This document shows positions 22,661-35,560 of a stretch of 64,000 nt of DNA, one piece after another; position 1 is the first letter of the stretch, and each line of letters opens with the position of its first letter. The notes under the pieces were generated by a model that was not told where the DNA came from, searched no databases, and saw nothing but the letters and a program-made list of their open reading frames with translations. The position numbers were made by a program, and so were the translations under genes. The stretch lies in NCBI GenBank assembly GCA_964106915.2, contig OZ066919.1, one strand, 5' to 3'. The stretch is from Podarcis gaigeae. Lineage: Eukaryota.

Positions 22661-25600
22661 ACTAAGAATAGGAGGCTTTGCTGACACTCAATCCATTTCA
22701 AGGGTAGACACAGATGCCAGGCTGTCCACATTTGGACCAGCTCTTCAATGCAGGGAAAGCCACACAATTTGACCCTCTTGTGTCTAGCTGTGCAATCCCT
22801 GCACTATAGCCAGACCTGGTTCAGTTTGCTCTTGCAGGGTATATTGTCTCACCCCAATTTGAATGACTTTGTTGCTTGTGCTCATCCTTTGCATGGTGGG
22901 TTGAAGGGTTTCTGAACATTCCTCTTTCCTGTACTTTTAATACTTCCTTGCAAACTAATTAAAGACTTTAAGAAAGTTCTCCTAAAAAGATATCCTTTGC
23001 ATTTCACTGTATCCTATACTATATTCCTTCCACAACTAAGTTGGACCAGTGATGAATTCTTCCACTACCATCCAACACCCTGAGAGAGTCACACAGTGCC
23101 AGATTGGAAAAAATATATCAGATTGCACAAAATGAAACCAAACCTCTGGACTCACACCCAAGCTACCTTGTCTTGATAGAGAAGTGAACAATTCGGAGCC
23201 ATCTGATTGATACTGGAACTGCTCACCCTCCGCCAATATTGCTACCTTTTCTTCCACTGCAATGATTCCTTGCTGCATTTGCACGAGGTGGGTGAACCTG
23301 GTTGTTTTAAGCAGAAGGCAGGGAGAGGCCATCCTGGCACTACAACAATCTTAGCTGAATCTGTGTAAGAGCCATAAAAAGAAAGGCCTGCAGTGGGGAA
23401 CATCCACAACCATAAAGACAGAGACCTACACAACTGAGCACCTTCACTCCTAAATGTCCAACCATCCCACCTCCCCAGCTGAGAAGGCCACACGTTTGTA
23501 CGGAACTGACAAATGCTCCCTTTGTAGGCCTGCCCACTGGCACAGAATGGCTCCCAAACACACAAAACGCACATGCTTAGCTCTTTCCCCGCAATGTATT
23601 TGCCAGCTTTATGGGCCCATTTTTCTTGTCAAGCTGACAGCGCTGCTAAGTGGATTTCTCTCTGATATGCGGACAGATTATCACATTACCCCAATGTCCA
23701 ACACAAACATATTACTTTATATTCAATAGCTCTAATGAATATAAACTGCTTTTTCTCTTTTTGGGAGGGGAAGGAGGCTGGTGGGAGGGGGCAATCTATA
23801 GATTTTTAATGAGGGCTGCTATTTACTCCCTCCTCTTTAAAACAGGCTGAGGTGCAGCCTCTGGCTGGAAAATCAATGTTGTTATTGTTGGAATATTGTA
23901 TATTGATATTGTAATAATAAGATGCAATTGATTTAGGGGTGCGTATGGATGGGGTCAACCCAGGGTTACTCTGCCTAGAGTGTGGTGCTGTCTCTCAAAG
24001 TGGACCATTTGTTTTAGGCAACCCAGTTCCCCATTTGAACGCAGTGAATCCTCCCATCTGCACCCCTCCAAAAAGAAAAATGTTTGCAAACGGTAGCATA
24101 GCACTGGTGGCAGCCCCCAAAGAAGGACCAAAGCTCTGCTAAGGAAAAAGCAAACAAAATCTGGTGATCTTAAGAGCTGATTAGGTCCCAGCCCCCGAGG
24201 AAAAGTAAGAGGGGGAAATGAGAGACACTCCTAGAATTTCAGAAAAGGTGGACCTCTGGGCTGTGTGTGAAAAACAAAAAGATGAGTTGGCCAAGCATGG
24301 GGACAGGGCAACAACTTTATAGTTTACATGGCCAAAAGGCTAAAGCCTTCCCTGCCCTTGTGTAAATGAGAGTTTAAATTCTGGCCCCAGCAGATGCAGA
24401 CACAGACCCAAATGTGAAGTGTGTGCAACAGATGACCCTGCACAGTAGGGACAGCGAGGCTAGAGATGCTGAAAGAGTCCCTCATGAAATCCCAATGAGA
24501 TGCTGGAACTAACTGGTCTCTGCGCCCGGCCTTGGGAAATGTGCTCATTTGGAGTGAAGCTGGCTGCACCTGCATTATAGCCACCAAGACGGATCACCCA
24601 ATGGCCTGCGCTGAGCAGGTCCATATTTAAGCTGTCCCCATGCTTTATGGTCTGTACAGGAGCTGATGCAGAGGCAGCGAGAGGCCATTTGTCACTGCTG
24701 GAATGGCAGATTCCTGTTAATGAATAATATCGCTGCTCTCTTTGTACAACAGCTCTCGGCACTGGGGGGTGGGGGAGGACGTTCATTGGGCTGCCTGCCT
24801 TGCTTCTGGCTTCCCTTTACTTGCCTTTGTTACCCAACGAAAGAGTCTGCTCAAACAACCTGTGCGCCGTCACCCACTGTCACAGTATCTCACAACTCTG
24901 CCAACGCAACTGGAAATAAGGATGTTTTCTGTCTTGCCATCATACCTGTAAGTCCTAACCTTGCTGCCTGCCAGTTTGCTAACAACCAGCGCCAGACTGA
25001 AATCCATCACTCTGTGACCGATGAGCTGCCAGATGATGGCTGTATTGTTGAGAGAGCACCAAGATGCCCCCCACTGTCCATGGGTGGCTTGCACTTGTGC
25101 CTCACTCACATTGGTCTCAGCCCCTTCACCCCTTCCATGGGCCAGCTTTCTCTCAGGTTTTTCTCAAGAGCATCCCTAATGTATCACAGGTCAGAGTGAT
25201 ACAACAGGAAAGACAAGCGCTTTCTGGATCTAGTCGAGCATTATCTCCTGATATAAAGCCTTTTCAGCATCCACTGGCAACTGATCTGCAGACTTCCAGG
25301 GCAAAAATGAAAGGCAAGTTAGGGCAGAGTGTATTTTTCTTAGACCAATGCCTCTTGTAGGCTGAGGCAGGTTCTTCAAGGTTCAGGAGCTTCTCCCCCC
25401 AAGATGGACCAATGAAAGACAGCATATGCCTCAGCTTCACCTACACTCATTTACTCAGAAGCAAGCACAACTGATTTCTATTATTTCACTTCCTTGTAGA
25501 AAAAGAAACAGTAGTTAGGAGGTCTAAAACTGTCACGACTGCCCCGGCCCTTTATCACAGATAGACAGTCCTGGGATTCTTCACAACTGCATGAACACAA

Positions 25601-27191
25601 GCTTCCTTCAAGCCATATTAATGATGTTAGATATTATTTGGTTGTGTCTGATTTGGTTCCACTTTTTGACATCTTATACTGAATACAAAACAGAAAGCAA
25701 CAAGAATAAAAATACAAGAACAAAAATGCAGGAATACAAGAATAAAAATAGAAGTGTTTAAAGCAACATGTTTCTAGTCCTCATTATTCACAAACGAACA
25801 AAATCACAAAAATGCACCTGTGTCAATGGGGACACAAAGCTGCATGAAGTAAAAAAAGACTGGTCTCATGGGAAACACTCGTCTCCTTCTCCCCACCCCA
25901 ATATCCTCTCTGCTTTCTGATCCTTTATTATTAACCACAAATGTAGTAATTTTAGGCTGCTGTCCTGCATGCTAATATGTCCCTCTGAAAAATAAAACAG
26001 GATGCATGAATGTGCAAATGTAAGGTACTAGTTTAAGCTTTAGCATGCATAATGTTTTTCAATACATATTGCTTCAGTTATTCTCAAAACGACCCTATCA
26101 GTTTTGCAAAAGCTGGGGAACTTAGGCAGGATCCACACTAACAGTTTTGCCACATTTCATTTCAGAGAGGTTCCTCATTGTCCCAGGACACATATTTCTG
26201 TCTTTCCTGTAAATGCACACTCCTCACAGAATTGTACTTGGTTTTTAAATACATTTTTGTTAGACAACATTGAATTTGTCACATTTCTGATAAGTTTGAT
26301 GTATTGTGATTTAAAAGGCAGCCAGGGCAAGGGAATGTTGAAGCAGGATATAGTTTGGATAATATCATCTCCTTGTGGTATTTTCCCTATAATTTTCTCT
26401 ACTACTTTTTTAAAAATAGTATTTTGCAAAACCTGCAATCAGAATAAAATATAGCAGATTAAGAAACTCTATTTGAATTCTAATGTGTCATATTTGCATC
26501 ATTTCTAACCAAGGGCACCCTACTGGTTCAAGTTCCAGGTCAGATGCAAAACTAACTCAAGTGAGCTCCCTTTGCTGCCTCAAGAAAAACCACGACATTG
26601 CTGCCTGTCCACAAATAAATTCTCAGCCTTTTAATCAGCCTTGTCTTTAGTCACAGGGGATCACAACAGCGCCAGTTTCAATCCCAGTGCCCTTTCAAAA
26701 TATAGGAAGCTGAGAAGGGGTTGTTGCCACCATAGGCTCAGAACCCCTTGAAGTCAGCCAGTTTATCTAACCTGTTTGCCCTATTTGTGTCCAAGTTCTG
26801 TAAATTTTAAAAGGGGGGATTTATTAAGGATGATGGGATAATGAGCATATGGAATAAGCTTGTTAGAACCAAATACTAATCTCAACATACTATAGTTTCA
26901 AGTATGATCCAAAGCAAATACTTAATTTCTCTATAGCTCTCATTGTTTCACCCATACTTCACAATCCTTTGCACCCTCCTTTATTCCCTGTTTGGGAAAT
27001 TTCACTGCTCAAATAGTTCAAGCCCACACTTGTTTCCATATAACTGCAAAGGTCAGTTTCTCATACTGGCGCATAAAGAATGAAGTCCTAATGCTGACTT
27101 CATCCAATCGCTGTGTACTCTGTGAGGAACATCTAACAGAGTTAGCCTGAGCATAAACTGCTGATCAATTAATGTGTTTTTTGGGGGGATG

Positions 27192-27380
27192 GAATCATGG
27201 CTCAGTGCTTAAGCACATGCTGAAGGGTTCAGTTCCTAGCATCTCTAGTTAAAGGGTTCACAGGTAAACTGGACTAGGAAAGGCCACTTCCTAAAACACA
27301 GGTAACTGTTGCTGCCAATTGGAGCAGGCAGCACTGGCCCAGGTGGATCAGTGCTCTGACTCAGTATAAAAAAGACATAA
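27192..27380 (+). mobile_element. tRNA-derived squamate SINE (Squam3-like), degraded
   Basis: Head tggctcagtg..agcacatgct..ggttcagttcctagcatctc and tail ctgactcagtataa. Confidence 0.6.
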
Positions 27381-30300
27381 TATGGCCATAGAAACAGGCG
27401 AGGAACCTGAGTCATAAAACAGGGCATCTTAGAAACCATTCCTGTGAAGCTGATTGTCACGTAGACCTGTCACTTTTAATCACAAACCTCTTTGAGGGAA
27501 ATGAAACTGCTTGCTACATGGAACAGCCACACTGTAGTACTTTTTAAATAGTCACTACTGTGTGTGACAGCTTCTTTGCATGAATCAGACCAAATTACAC
27601 CACACTTAGCTCTCAAAGCCTCAGCCACCAACTAGATGCAGCCGCTGCATGTGTATTATCTATGCAAGTTCTTTATGTGTTTACACACACAACAGAAATC
27701 TGTGGCTATGAGTTCCACAGTAGAATAGCATGTTTAGTTGAAATAGCACTTGCTGAATTAAAAAGATGAAGTTAATGGACTAATGGAATATGAAATTCCT
27801 TCCAAGCCCACAAGACAGTCGCAATGCCACCAGAATACAGAATGACAACAACGAACCAGAAGTGAGAATTAAATTGGGGTGTTCTCTCTCTCCTCCCTCC
27901 TACCTTCAATATGGCCCCAGTGGGAAGGTCCCTGGGACTGCTGGCAGGTATCTCAGATAGTGCTGACAGCAGATGGACAGAACATTAAGAATAACTTACC
28001 TCATTATCTGCAATTACATTACTGCCACACACCTCATTTCTTCGCAAAGAAAAGAAAATTAGTTTTATATTGACTTCATCCTAGCACTTTTCCCAACCGG
28101 CCACTGGATAAACCACTCATTGTTTGAAGGCGGGGATTTGGGACATAGAGTGGGGGGTGGGCTTTGATGCTTCAATGAATAACAATTTATCCTAACCTGT
28201 TGCCTAAAGGTGAGACTCCCCTCATACACAGGAGTCCATGTTTTTGTGTGGAAGGATAGGTTTAGGAATGAGACACAAGTTACTAGGGCTTGATCTTGGA
28301 TTATTAGCCCCTGAAATGAGAAACTTCAATTCACAAATCACCCGTATGGTAGTCAATGGCATTCAAAAGGCCCAGCCTGGAGGTGAGAAGTTCTCAGGCC
28401 ATATAGGGATCTGTGTCTGCTATACACAACATGCTTCATTTCCATTTCCTGTCTGGCCCCTGCCATGGGATGTCACCTTTCCAACTTACATAAAGACCCC
28501 AAACAATGGCCTGCCCTCAAGGGCCAGCATGCCTGAGAACTGAAATGGGGGAAGCGTGCAGGGAAGGGGCAGCAGGTTACAATGGAGACATTTCCCCCTG
28601 TGTCGGCATCCTGCAACCTCTCCATCCATTAGCCGTAATTGCTGGCAGCAGAATAACAGCATTTTTAAAAGCAGAGCTTTGCTCTGCTGGGCAGAAAGAA
28701 GGGGGAACATGCTCTCTGCTTCAAGGTGCAAATGCCAGGCTCCCATCTGTCAGGAGGAAGGGCAGACGGAGCCACCCGAGGGCCCGTCACATATCCAATT
28801 TGCTCGAGAACATGGGATGGTCCTGCATGCAAAGGGAACACAAGGAATCCTTGAGCAGGTAGAAATCATGCCCAGCTCTGGGCTAAACAAGTTGCCCCCT
28901 GCTGAGAGATGAAGAGGCTGACAGTGATTCACATCTTCATTTACAGCCTCAGAAAAAGGCTAGACCATCCTAATGGCTCACCACTTTTATCCCTGCAAAT
29001 ATATATTATATCTATATCTCGCCTGCATCCAACACAATGAGCTAAATTTAGGTTTTAAGGCACCATCCAAGCCACTCTAAATACAGGTTAGTGGTGGCTT
29101 GCCAGAATCCTAATCTGTGCTGAATTCAGCCTGTGGTAGCATATGCTATACTACAGGCTTGGGATGGATAGCAGTGTACAGTACAAAAGTTAGAAGTAGA
29201 AAGTCATTTCCAGTGGTTACTATGAGCTGAAATGTTTGGTGTAAATCATCCCTGAGGCTCAGTGAGGAAGACACTCGGCCTGCTAAATTTCTCACATAAT
29301 GTGGGTGGTGCTGAACTCAGTTGTGGGTGGTGCCATCACTTTTCAATGTCTCCCTCCCCACTTTGTGGGTGTGGAGGGGGGCCTGGCCCTTGCCAGAGGT
29401 CTGACCTCATCACTTGTAAATTCCTTTGAATCTAGGCTGAGGGTTTCCCAACTGGCCTGTGCCAACCATGCCAAAGGTCTCTTCACTGAGGACAAAGAAA
29501 GGCAACTTTTTTGGAGAATGGCCAAAGTATTGTTTGGATTGCCATTTAGTGGCCTCGATTAACCTGGCATGCAATGAGGTGGAAGGCTGGTGAGGCTCAA
29601 ATCCAGTTGCCATTCAAAACAGATGTATAAGTAAATACCAGCCATCACATCACCTGAATGATCTACTGTTCTATGTAGTTGTTTCATGTTTATCCTGCTG
29701 CTCAAGGAGCTCAGAAGCATTTTGGCCTCCTGAGGTAAACCGGGCTAATAAAGGGATTTGCTACCATATCTACCATACTTTCAGGAAAATATTGTTCCCA
29801 GCTAGGAGTTCACAATCTTGTTCACCACTTTTGCCATACTGACATACAGTCAGGCTCTAGTAAAAAAGAGAAGCCTAAGTCTCTGCTGAAGGGAGAAGGA
29901 AGAGACACGTTGACTAGTCTCTGCCTTGCTAGGGATTCCAAGTATAGAGGCAAAACAAGTACAGATGGTGACCATTTTAGGCACGATCACTGATGTGTGG
30001 GTCCTTTTGGACCTGGAAGAAGTCACAAGGGTGTAACAAGGCACAAAATGGTTGTTGCCTGTAAACTTGTTTCCACTTCCCTTGTCTAGCTCTGCGATGA
30101 AGCAGGGGCAGAGGGATGTAGAGGCACATGGGCCTGTTTGTACCTGCCATCCATTTTGAACACCCAGCAACTACAGAGGCAAAGGAAGCCTTTTCTCACC
30201 TCCAGTTCCAAGATGGAGAGGGCAGGAGGTTATTTTCACACTGTGCAAAATGTTCCACCACCACTCCAGCTGGAGAAGGAAGCAGGGGAATGCTCTCGGA

Positions 30301-31074
30301 TTTGTGCTATGTTTCAGGGGTCCAGTATGCGGTCAAGGACAAGGCCCCACCCGCTGAAGGATGATGATGATACTCTTGGCACCAACAAATTTTGGGTTGG
30401 CCACCAAGGCAAGAAATATTTACTGGCCTCTAATCCCAACTCTAGTACCTGAGATGCCAGAGATTGAAACTGATACCTTATACATGCAAAAAGAATTGTC
30501 GCAAAGCAAAGATTCCTCCCATGCTTCTCTTAATGACAATTATGATTATGTTATGAAAACAGTCACTGTTGGCTTGATCCCTAGGATACACCTGTGCATA
30601 GATGAGTGTCCAACAGCCAAGGCATTTGTTTTCTCCAGCATTTCCTTCTTTCCTGGCCAAGCCTGAAGAGTAGCTTCCTTGCTATACCCTAGGAGCTGCA
30701 TTCCTCATCAGCCTCCTTTCTCCCTGGCCACCATCCAAATAAAAAAAAAACATCCCATGACATCATAACCCCTTCCACTCACTCAACATTTATATTTGTT
30801 AAACTTTTTAGCAAACTTTCAGATTTTTGTGTGCATTTGAAGTTCTCAGGATTTACTCAACATCTTGACCCAGTAGTCCAATCAAGCTGGGCCTATTTAT
30901 TAATCACCTCCCAAGAAGCATCCCAAAATGACTGAACAATAAAACATCAACAGCAAAAAACATATAAAAACAAGTTATTTATTGCACTTTTAACCCACTC
31001 TTCAATCAAAAAGGCTCCCAGAGCAGCTTATTTATCAAGACAAAAGTCCCTGCCCTCATATTTATAATCTAAAG

Positions 31075-31344
31075 CATAAGAAGATAAGAAGAGCCTGCTG
31101 GATTCAGGCCAGTGGCCCGTCTAGTCCAGCATCCTATTCTCACAGTGGCCAACCAAATGCCTATGGGAAGTTTGCAAGCAGGACCTGAGCACAACAGCAT
31201 ACTCTCCTCTTTTGATTCTGAGCAACTAGTATTCAGAAGTATACTGTCTCCAGCAGTGGAGGCAGAACATAGCCATCATGACTAGTAGTCAATGACAGCC
31301 TTATTCTCCATTAATTTGTCTAATCCACTTTTAAAGCCATCCCA
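31075..31344 (-). mobile_element. CR1-type LINE 3' fragment
   Basis: cataagaagataagaagagcctgctggat..tctagtccagcat..ttgtctaatccacttttaaagccatc. Related pieces occur at 33903-34000 (+) and 57650-57750 (-). Confidence 0.75.
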
Positions 31345-32087
31345 GTTTCAAAACCCAGTACTGAAAGTTACAGTTCTTATGATTATCAGCTGTTACAGAA
31401 ACAGTTCAGGTAGACTGACGGAAAGGCTGCTGCTAAGTGATGGTTGGGAAAGCACCAAAGGCTGCTGGTCTCTCGGCAGAATCAATAGAATAGTCCTGCT
31501 TCCCTTCTCTCCTCCTGCTCTGCAGCCGGATTCCACCTGCCTTGCTTTGATCTGGAGGGTCAGAAGCTGTGCTCTTTTGCAGCTTAAAGTGTTTGTGTAC
31601 CTAGGACTGCACTGTCTAAGATTACCTTTGGGTCTTGTATAGCTCTGGAATGGTATGGTTATCATTCAACCCAAGTCACAGCTTGCAAACTAATTCTGGG
31701 GCTCATATATATAGAAAGGTGCTCTCAAGGCATGTGAGGAGGAAAATTCTATCAAGTCTCTCACCATCAGCCATTTCTAAAAATGAGATGTGGTAACAGC
31801 CTCCTGTTGTGACTGGATACTAAAGAAAACCAGTTCCTAAAATGATGTGATTTTGTATGCATTGTTATTTATTCTATGATTTGGCTGCTTGCTTTTTATT
31901 TTGTGTTCTATACACCATATCTGTATGGTGGGTTATAAGTACTTTAATAAAATAAAAATAAATCATAAATGTACATCAGCTTTGTAATACACTATTATCT
32001 GCATCTACCTTAAGATTCATAAATGCTTTCGTAAATTGGAAAAATCCTGTAAGCCAGGCCCCAAATGCAGCCATTATCTCTATTAAT

Positions 32088-32305
32088 ATATTTATTTGTA
32101 TCCTGTCCTTCCTCTAAGTAGCTCAGGGTGAAATATATGGTTCCTCTTCCCTTCTATGATCACACAAGTCACGTGAGTTAGGTTAGGCTGAGAGGCAGGA
32201 AACAGGCCCAATGTCAAATAGCAGGCTTTGTAGCTGAGCAAGGATTTTAACTCCAGCCTTCCTGGTCTAAGTCCAACACTCTAGTGACTGTCACTACACC
32301 ACACT
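32088..32305 (-). mobile_element. MIR-like SINE remnant
   Basis: gttaggctgagag..ggattttaactccagcctt..tccaacactct..cactacaccacact, the reverse complement of a tRNA-head SINE. Confidence 0.55.
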
Positions 32306-33610
32306 AACTCTCACGAGGCCACAGGCAGCTTTTGCTGCATGCTTGAGGTGGCCTTTGGCCCCAGCAATTCTTTATGGGATGCTATTTTCCACAACTCCTG
32401 AACACAGTTGTGTTCTAAAGGGAAAAAGTCTCAAAGAGCTGTATTTCTGTCAACCAAGCCCACATTGGGGCTTTCTGACAGCTGTCTTAACAATGGCAAG
32501 GCTGGTGAGACATCTTCATTAAGCACAGTCTCAGCCACTTGCAAGGTCTCCCATGAATGTCCACCTGCCCTTTCGGACTTACTCTTCTTCACTACTTTTC
32601 CTAAGTCCCAACTCATTACTGCAGACAATTTGAACACTGAATTTGTACTGTTGCAAAGAACTCCAGCATTGGAACCACCAGTACCTTGAAATTACCATAT
32701 GACGGGACTCAAGCTGTAATAAAAAATATCTTTACCTGTCAGTGAAAGACAGTCTGAGAAGGAGCCACCCACATTTTGTGAAGCAATGTCTATCTCCTGT
32801 TCCCACAAAATACTGAAGCATATAATATTTATTCACAGAAATGCAGGGCATTCTCCAATGTGGTACCCACTCCTTGGAACTCCTTCTTCTGGCAGATCAG
32901 ACTGGCAAGGTTGTGAAGAGTTGGTGAAAAACTGTATACCAAGGTGTTTGTGGCTTGTGGGCTTTCACGACTGTTCTTTGTGTTTTCCAATAGTGTTTTA
33001 TTATGATGGGTTTAGATAGCCTTGAGTTCCTAGCAAAGCCTAGAAAGAGTTCTGAAAATGTTTATGCAGAAACAAATAGATGAATAAATGCAGGGTGGAC
33101 TACCTGGGCATATAGTGGCAGGCCAAGGACCTGCACTGGAGAAAAAATTACTCAGCCTCTGTGATTAATACCACTCACCCAGCCCTGATGCATACATAAT
33201 GCTGCTCAATAGTAATGAAGTGTTAATAGAGCCATTTCCTCAGAAATTCCTTTTTATCTTTCCATAAGTCTTTATAAAGGCAGAAGCAACGGCATTTCCC
33301 ACCGGTCAGGATATTTGTGGAATGGGACAAGTCACTTATGACACTTCTGAAAGTTCTGTTTTATTTATGAAGGAGTTGGACAGACATCCAGTTAAGAAAA
33401 ACATCAATCTATTTAGCCTGGTAGGTTCTACACAGTTTTCTTGAGTCTCAGGAAGACGTCCTTCTCAGCCCTGCTATGTGAGAACTTTTTAACCAGATAA
33501 CCCAAGGAATCTATCTGTGTCTTCATATGAACACTGCCAAGCTGGTGTTCTTCCGCACTCCTCTCACCTCAGAAGTTTCTCCAGTGGCAGACACTAGACT
33601 GGTACCTAGC

Positions 33611-33799
33611 AACATAACCTTATGCCAAGTCAGACACTGGTCCATCCAGCTCATTGTTGTCTATACAGACTGGCTTGTGGCTCCCCAGGGTTTTAGGCAG
33701 AGAAGTTTCCTCCAGACCTACTTGGAGGTGCCAGGCACTGAACTTGATACTTTTTGCATGTAAACCATGTGCTCTTCTACAGAACTACATTCCTTCCCC
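33611..33799 (-). mobile_element. tRNA-derived squamate SINE (Squam3-like)
   Basis: Reverse complement of the same family as 27192-27380 and 41188-41263. Confidence 0.65.
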
Positions 33800-33902
33800 T
33801 TGTAGTGAGGTCATAGTCCACAAACCTGCAAACCACACTTGGAGGCAGTATACTCCTGAAAACCAGTTTGTGGAAACCACAGGAAGGCAAAGTGCTCACA
33901 TG

Positions 33903-34000
33903 CTCATGCCCTGCATGCAAGTTTCCCACAGGCATCTGGCTGGCTGCTATGAGAACAGGATACTGGACTAGACGGGATATTAAGACTCTTCTTACATTCT
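33903..34000 (+). mobile_element. CR1-type LINE extreme 3' end
   Basis: Reverse-complement similarity to 31075-31190 (gagaacaggatactggactaga..ctcttctta). Confidence 0.6.
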
Positions 34001-34329
34001 AATGAGAAGCTCCATCTGGTTTCTTCTCTGTGCTACACTCAATTTGATAGTCACAAACTCAAAAAAAAGTCCACATTGGGGCCACTGAAAGTGCTTATGT
34101 GCACAACAAGAATGCTGGGAGATAGAAATGAACCAGCAGCTGACTGCAAATATAACCTCTGTTCACCAGAAAGCTCTCTGTAAACTCTGCCGAAATGAGA
34201 GCTGAGCCTTGCAGCTACACTGAAGCTTTGCAATATGGGCATTGCCTCTTCCTTTGTATAAAGACAGAGATGGCAAGTCTGGATGTGAAAAGCCATGGCA
34301 TGGTCAGATACAGTAAGGCTAAAACTGTG

Positions 34330-35560
34330 CCCCCTTCCCCTCCATGAGATAACGACCAGGCTGATATTGAAGGATAACAGTGGTTCGGCAATAAGAGGGG
34401 GGGAAGCAATTTCATCTTTATTAGTGGGAGAATTCTCTTTTAGNNNNNNNNNNNNNNNNNNNNNNNNNNNNNNNNNNNNNNNNNNNNNNNNNNNNNNNNN
34501 NNNNNNNNNNNNNNNNNNNNNNNNNNNNNNNNNNNNNNNNNNNNNNNNNNNNNNNNNNNNNNNNNNNNNNNNNNNNNNNNNNNGAGGAGTGGAGATTTTT
34601 TTCCCTACTTTGCGCAAAAAAAAAATCCTCATAAAGTGTTTATTAAGAGCGGGTAAGAAGGGGATAATGATGTGTTTGGAAATTAAGGCAATCAAACATT
34701 TAATGCTATGCACTCCTGTAGGCAAAAGCATTCAAATGAGTCAATTAGACATCCATTATCCAGGCACGATTAAACACGGCAGAACGAGAGGCTGTCCGCC
34801 CCAGTGCCTGTTTGTGCTGAGGACTTATGCCCACTTAAAGCTGGCTAATAAAACACTAAACTTGGAAGAGGATGCAAAATGCGGGTGGGGGGGGGGGGAG
34901 GCAAAGGAAGGAAGGTAAGACATAAGGAAGTGGATTGCCAGGATGACAGGCAGGCCATGAGAGGAGGGACAATGATGTAGTGGTGTCTTGTGGACCAGGG
35001 TTTCATAAATCACAATAATTAAGTTAACACGGAAATCAACTTCACCATCCCGTTAAATTACAGTATTTGCATATTAGGGCTCAAATGAAGTCTGTGTTTT
35101 GGCAGGACAAGGAGCGGGCTGGAGAGAGGGGGAAAGTAGGGTGGGAGGGGAGGAAGGAGGGAGCTGATAAGGGATCCATTTATTATGGTGAATAACTAAT
35201 TTCAGAATTTATAGTGCTGGATTTTCGTCCCCATGCCATTTATATTACCGGTGGAAATTAAGGGGCGGGCAGGAGGCTGGCTGGACATCTTTCTGCGTTA
35301 TTGCTTGTCTGCCATTTGCAAATCATTATTAATTGTGGCCCACGCACATGGTGCAGCAGGCCACAGCGCCTGGACAGACAGTGCCAGCACACATATCTCT
35401 TCATCAGGCCCCCAGCCACTGGCCCTGAGAGGCAATTACCCCTCCCTGATTGGTATCAGATAAGGAGGGAATTTTTACAAATTAGAGAATAAATAGGATT
35501 TCCACACATGGAGCAGAGAGGACTTGAGAGGCGGTAATGAAAAACGATACATCACCATCA
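34330..35560. promoter_or_regulatory. Putative conserved enhancer cluster spanning the gap
   Basis: About 1.2 kb without a recognisable TE, dense homeodomain cores, CATAAATCA at 35004-35012, octamer-like atttgcat. Confidence 0.5.
34444..34583. other. Assembly gap (140 N)
   Basis: Run of N. Confidence 1.

Noticed and set aside
34051-34918. Longest ORFs (226 aa and 207 aa)
   Set aside because: Artefacts of reading through 140 Ns.
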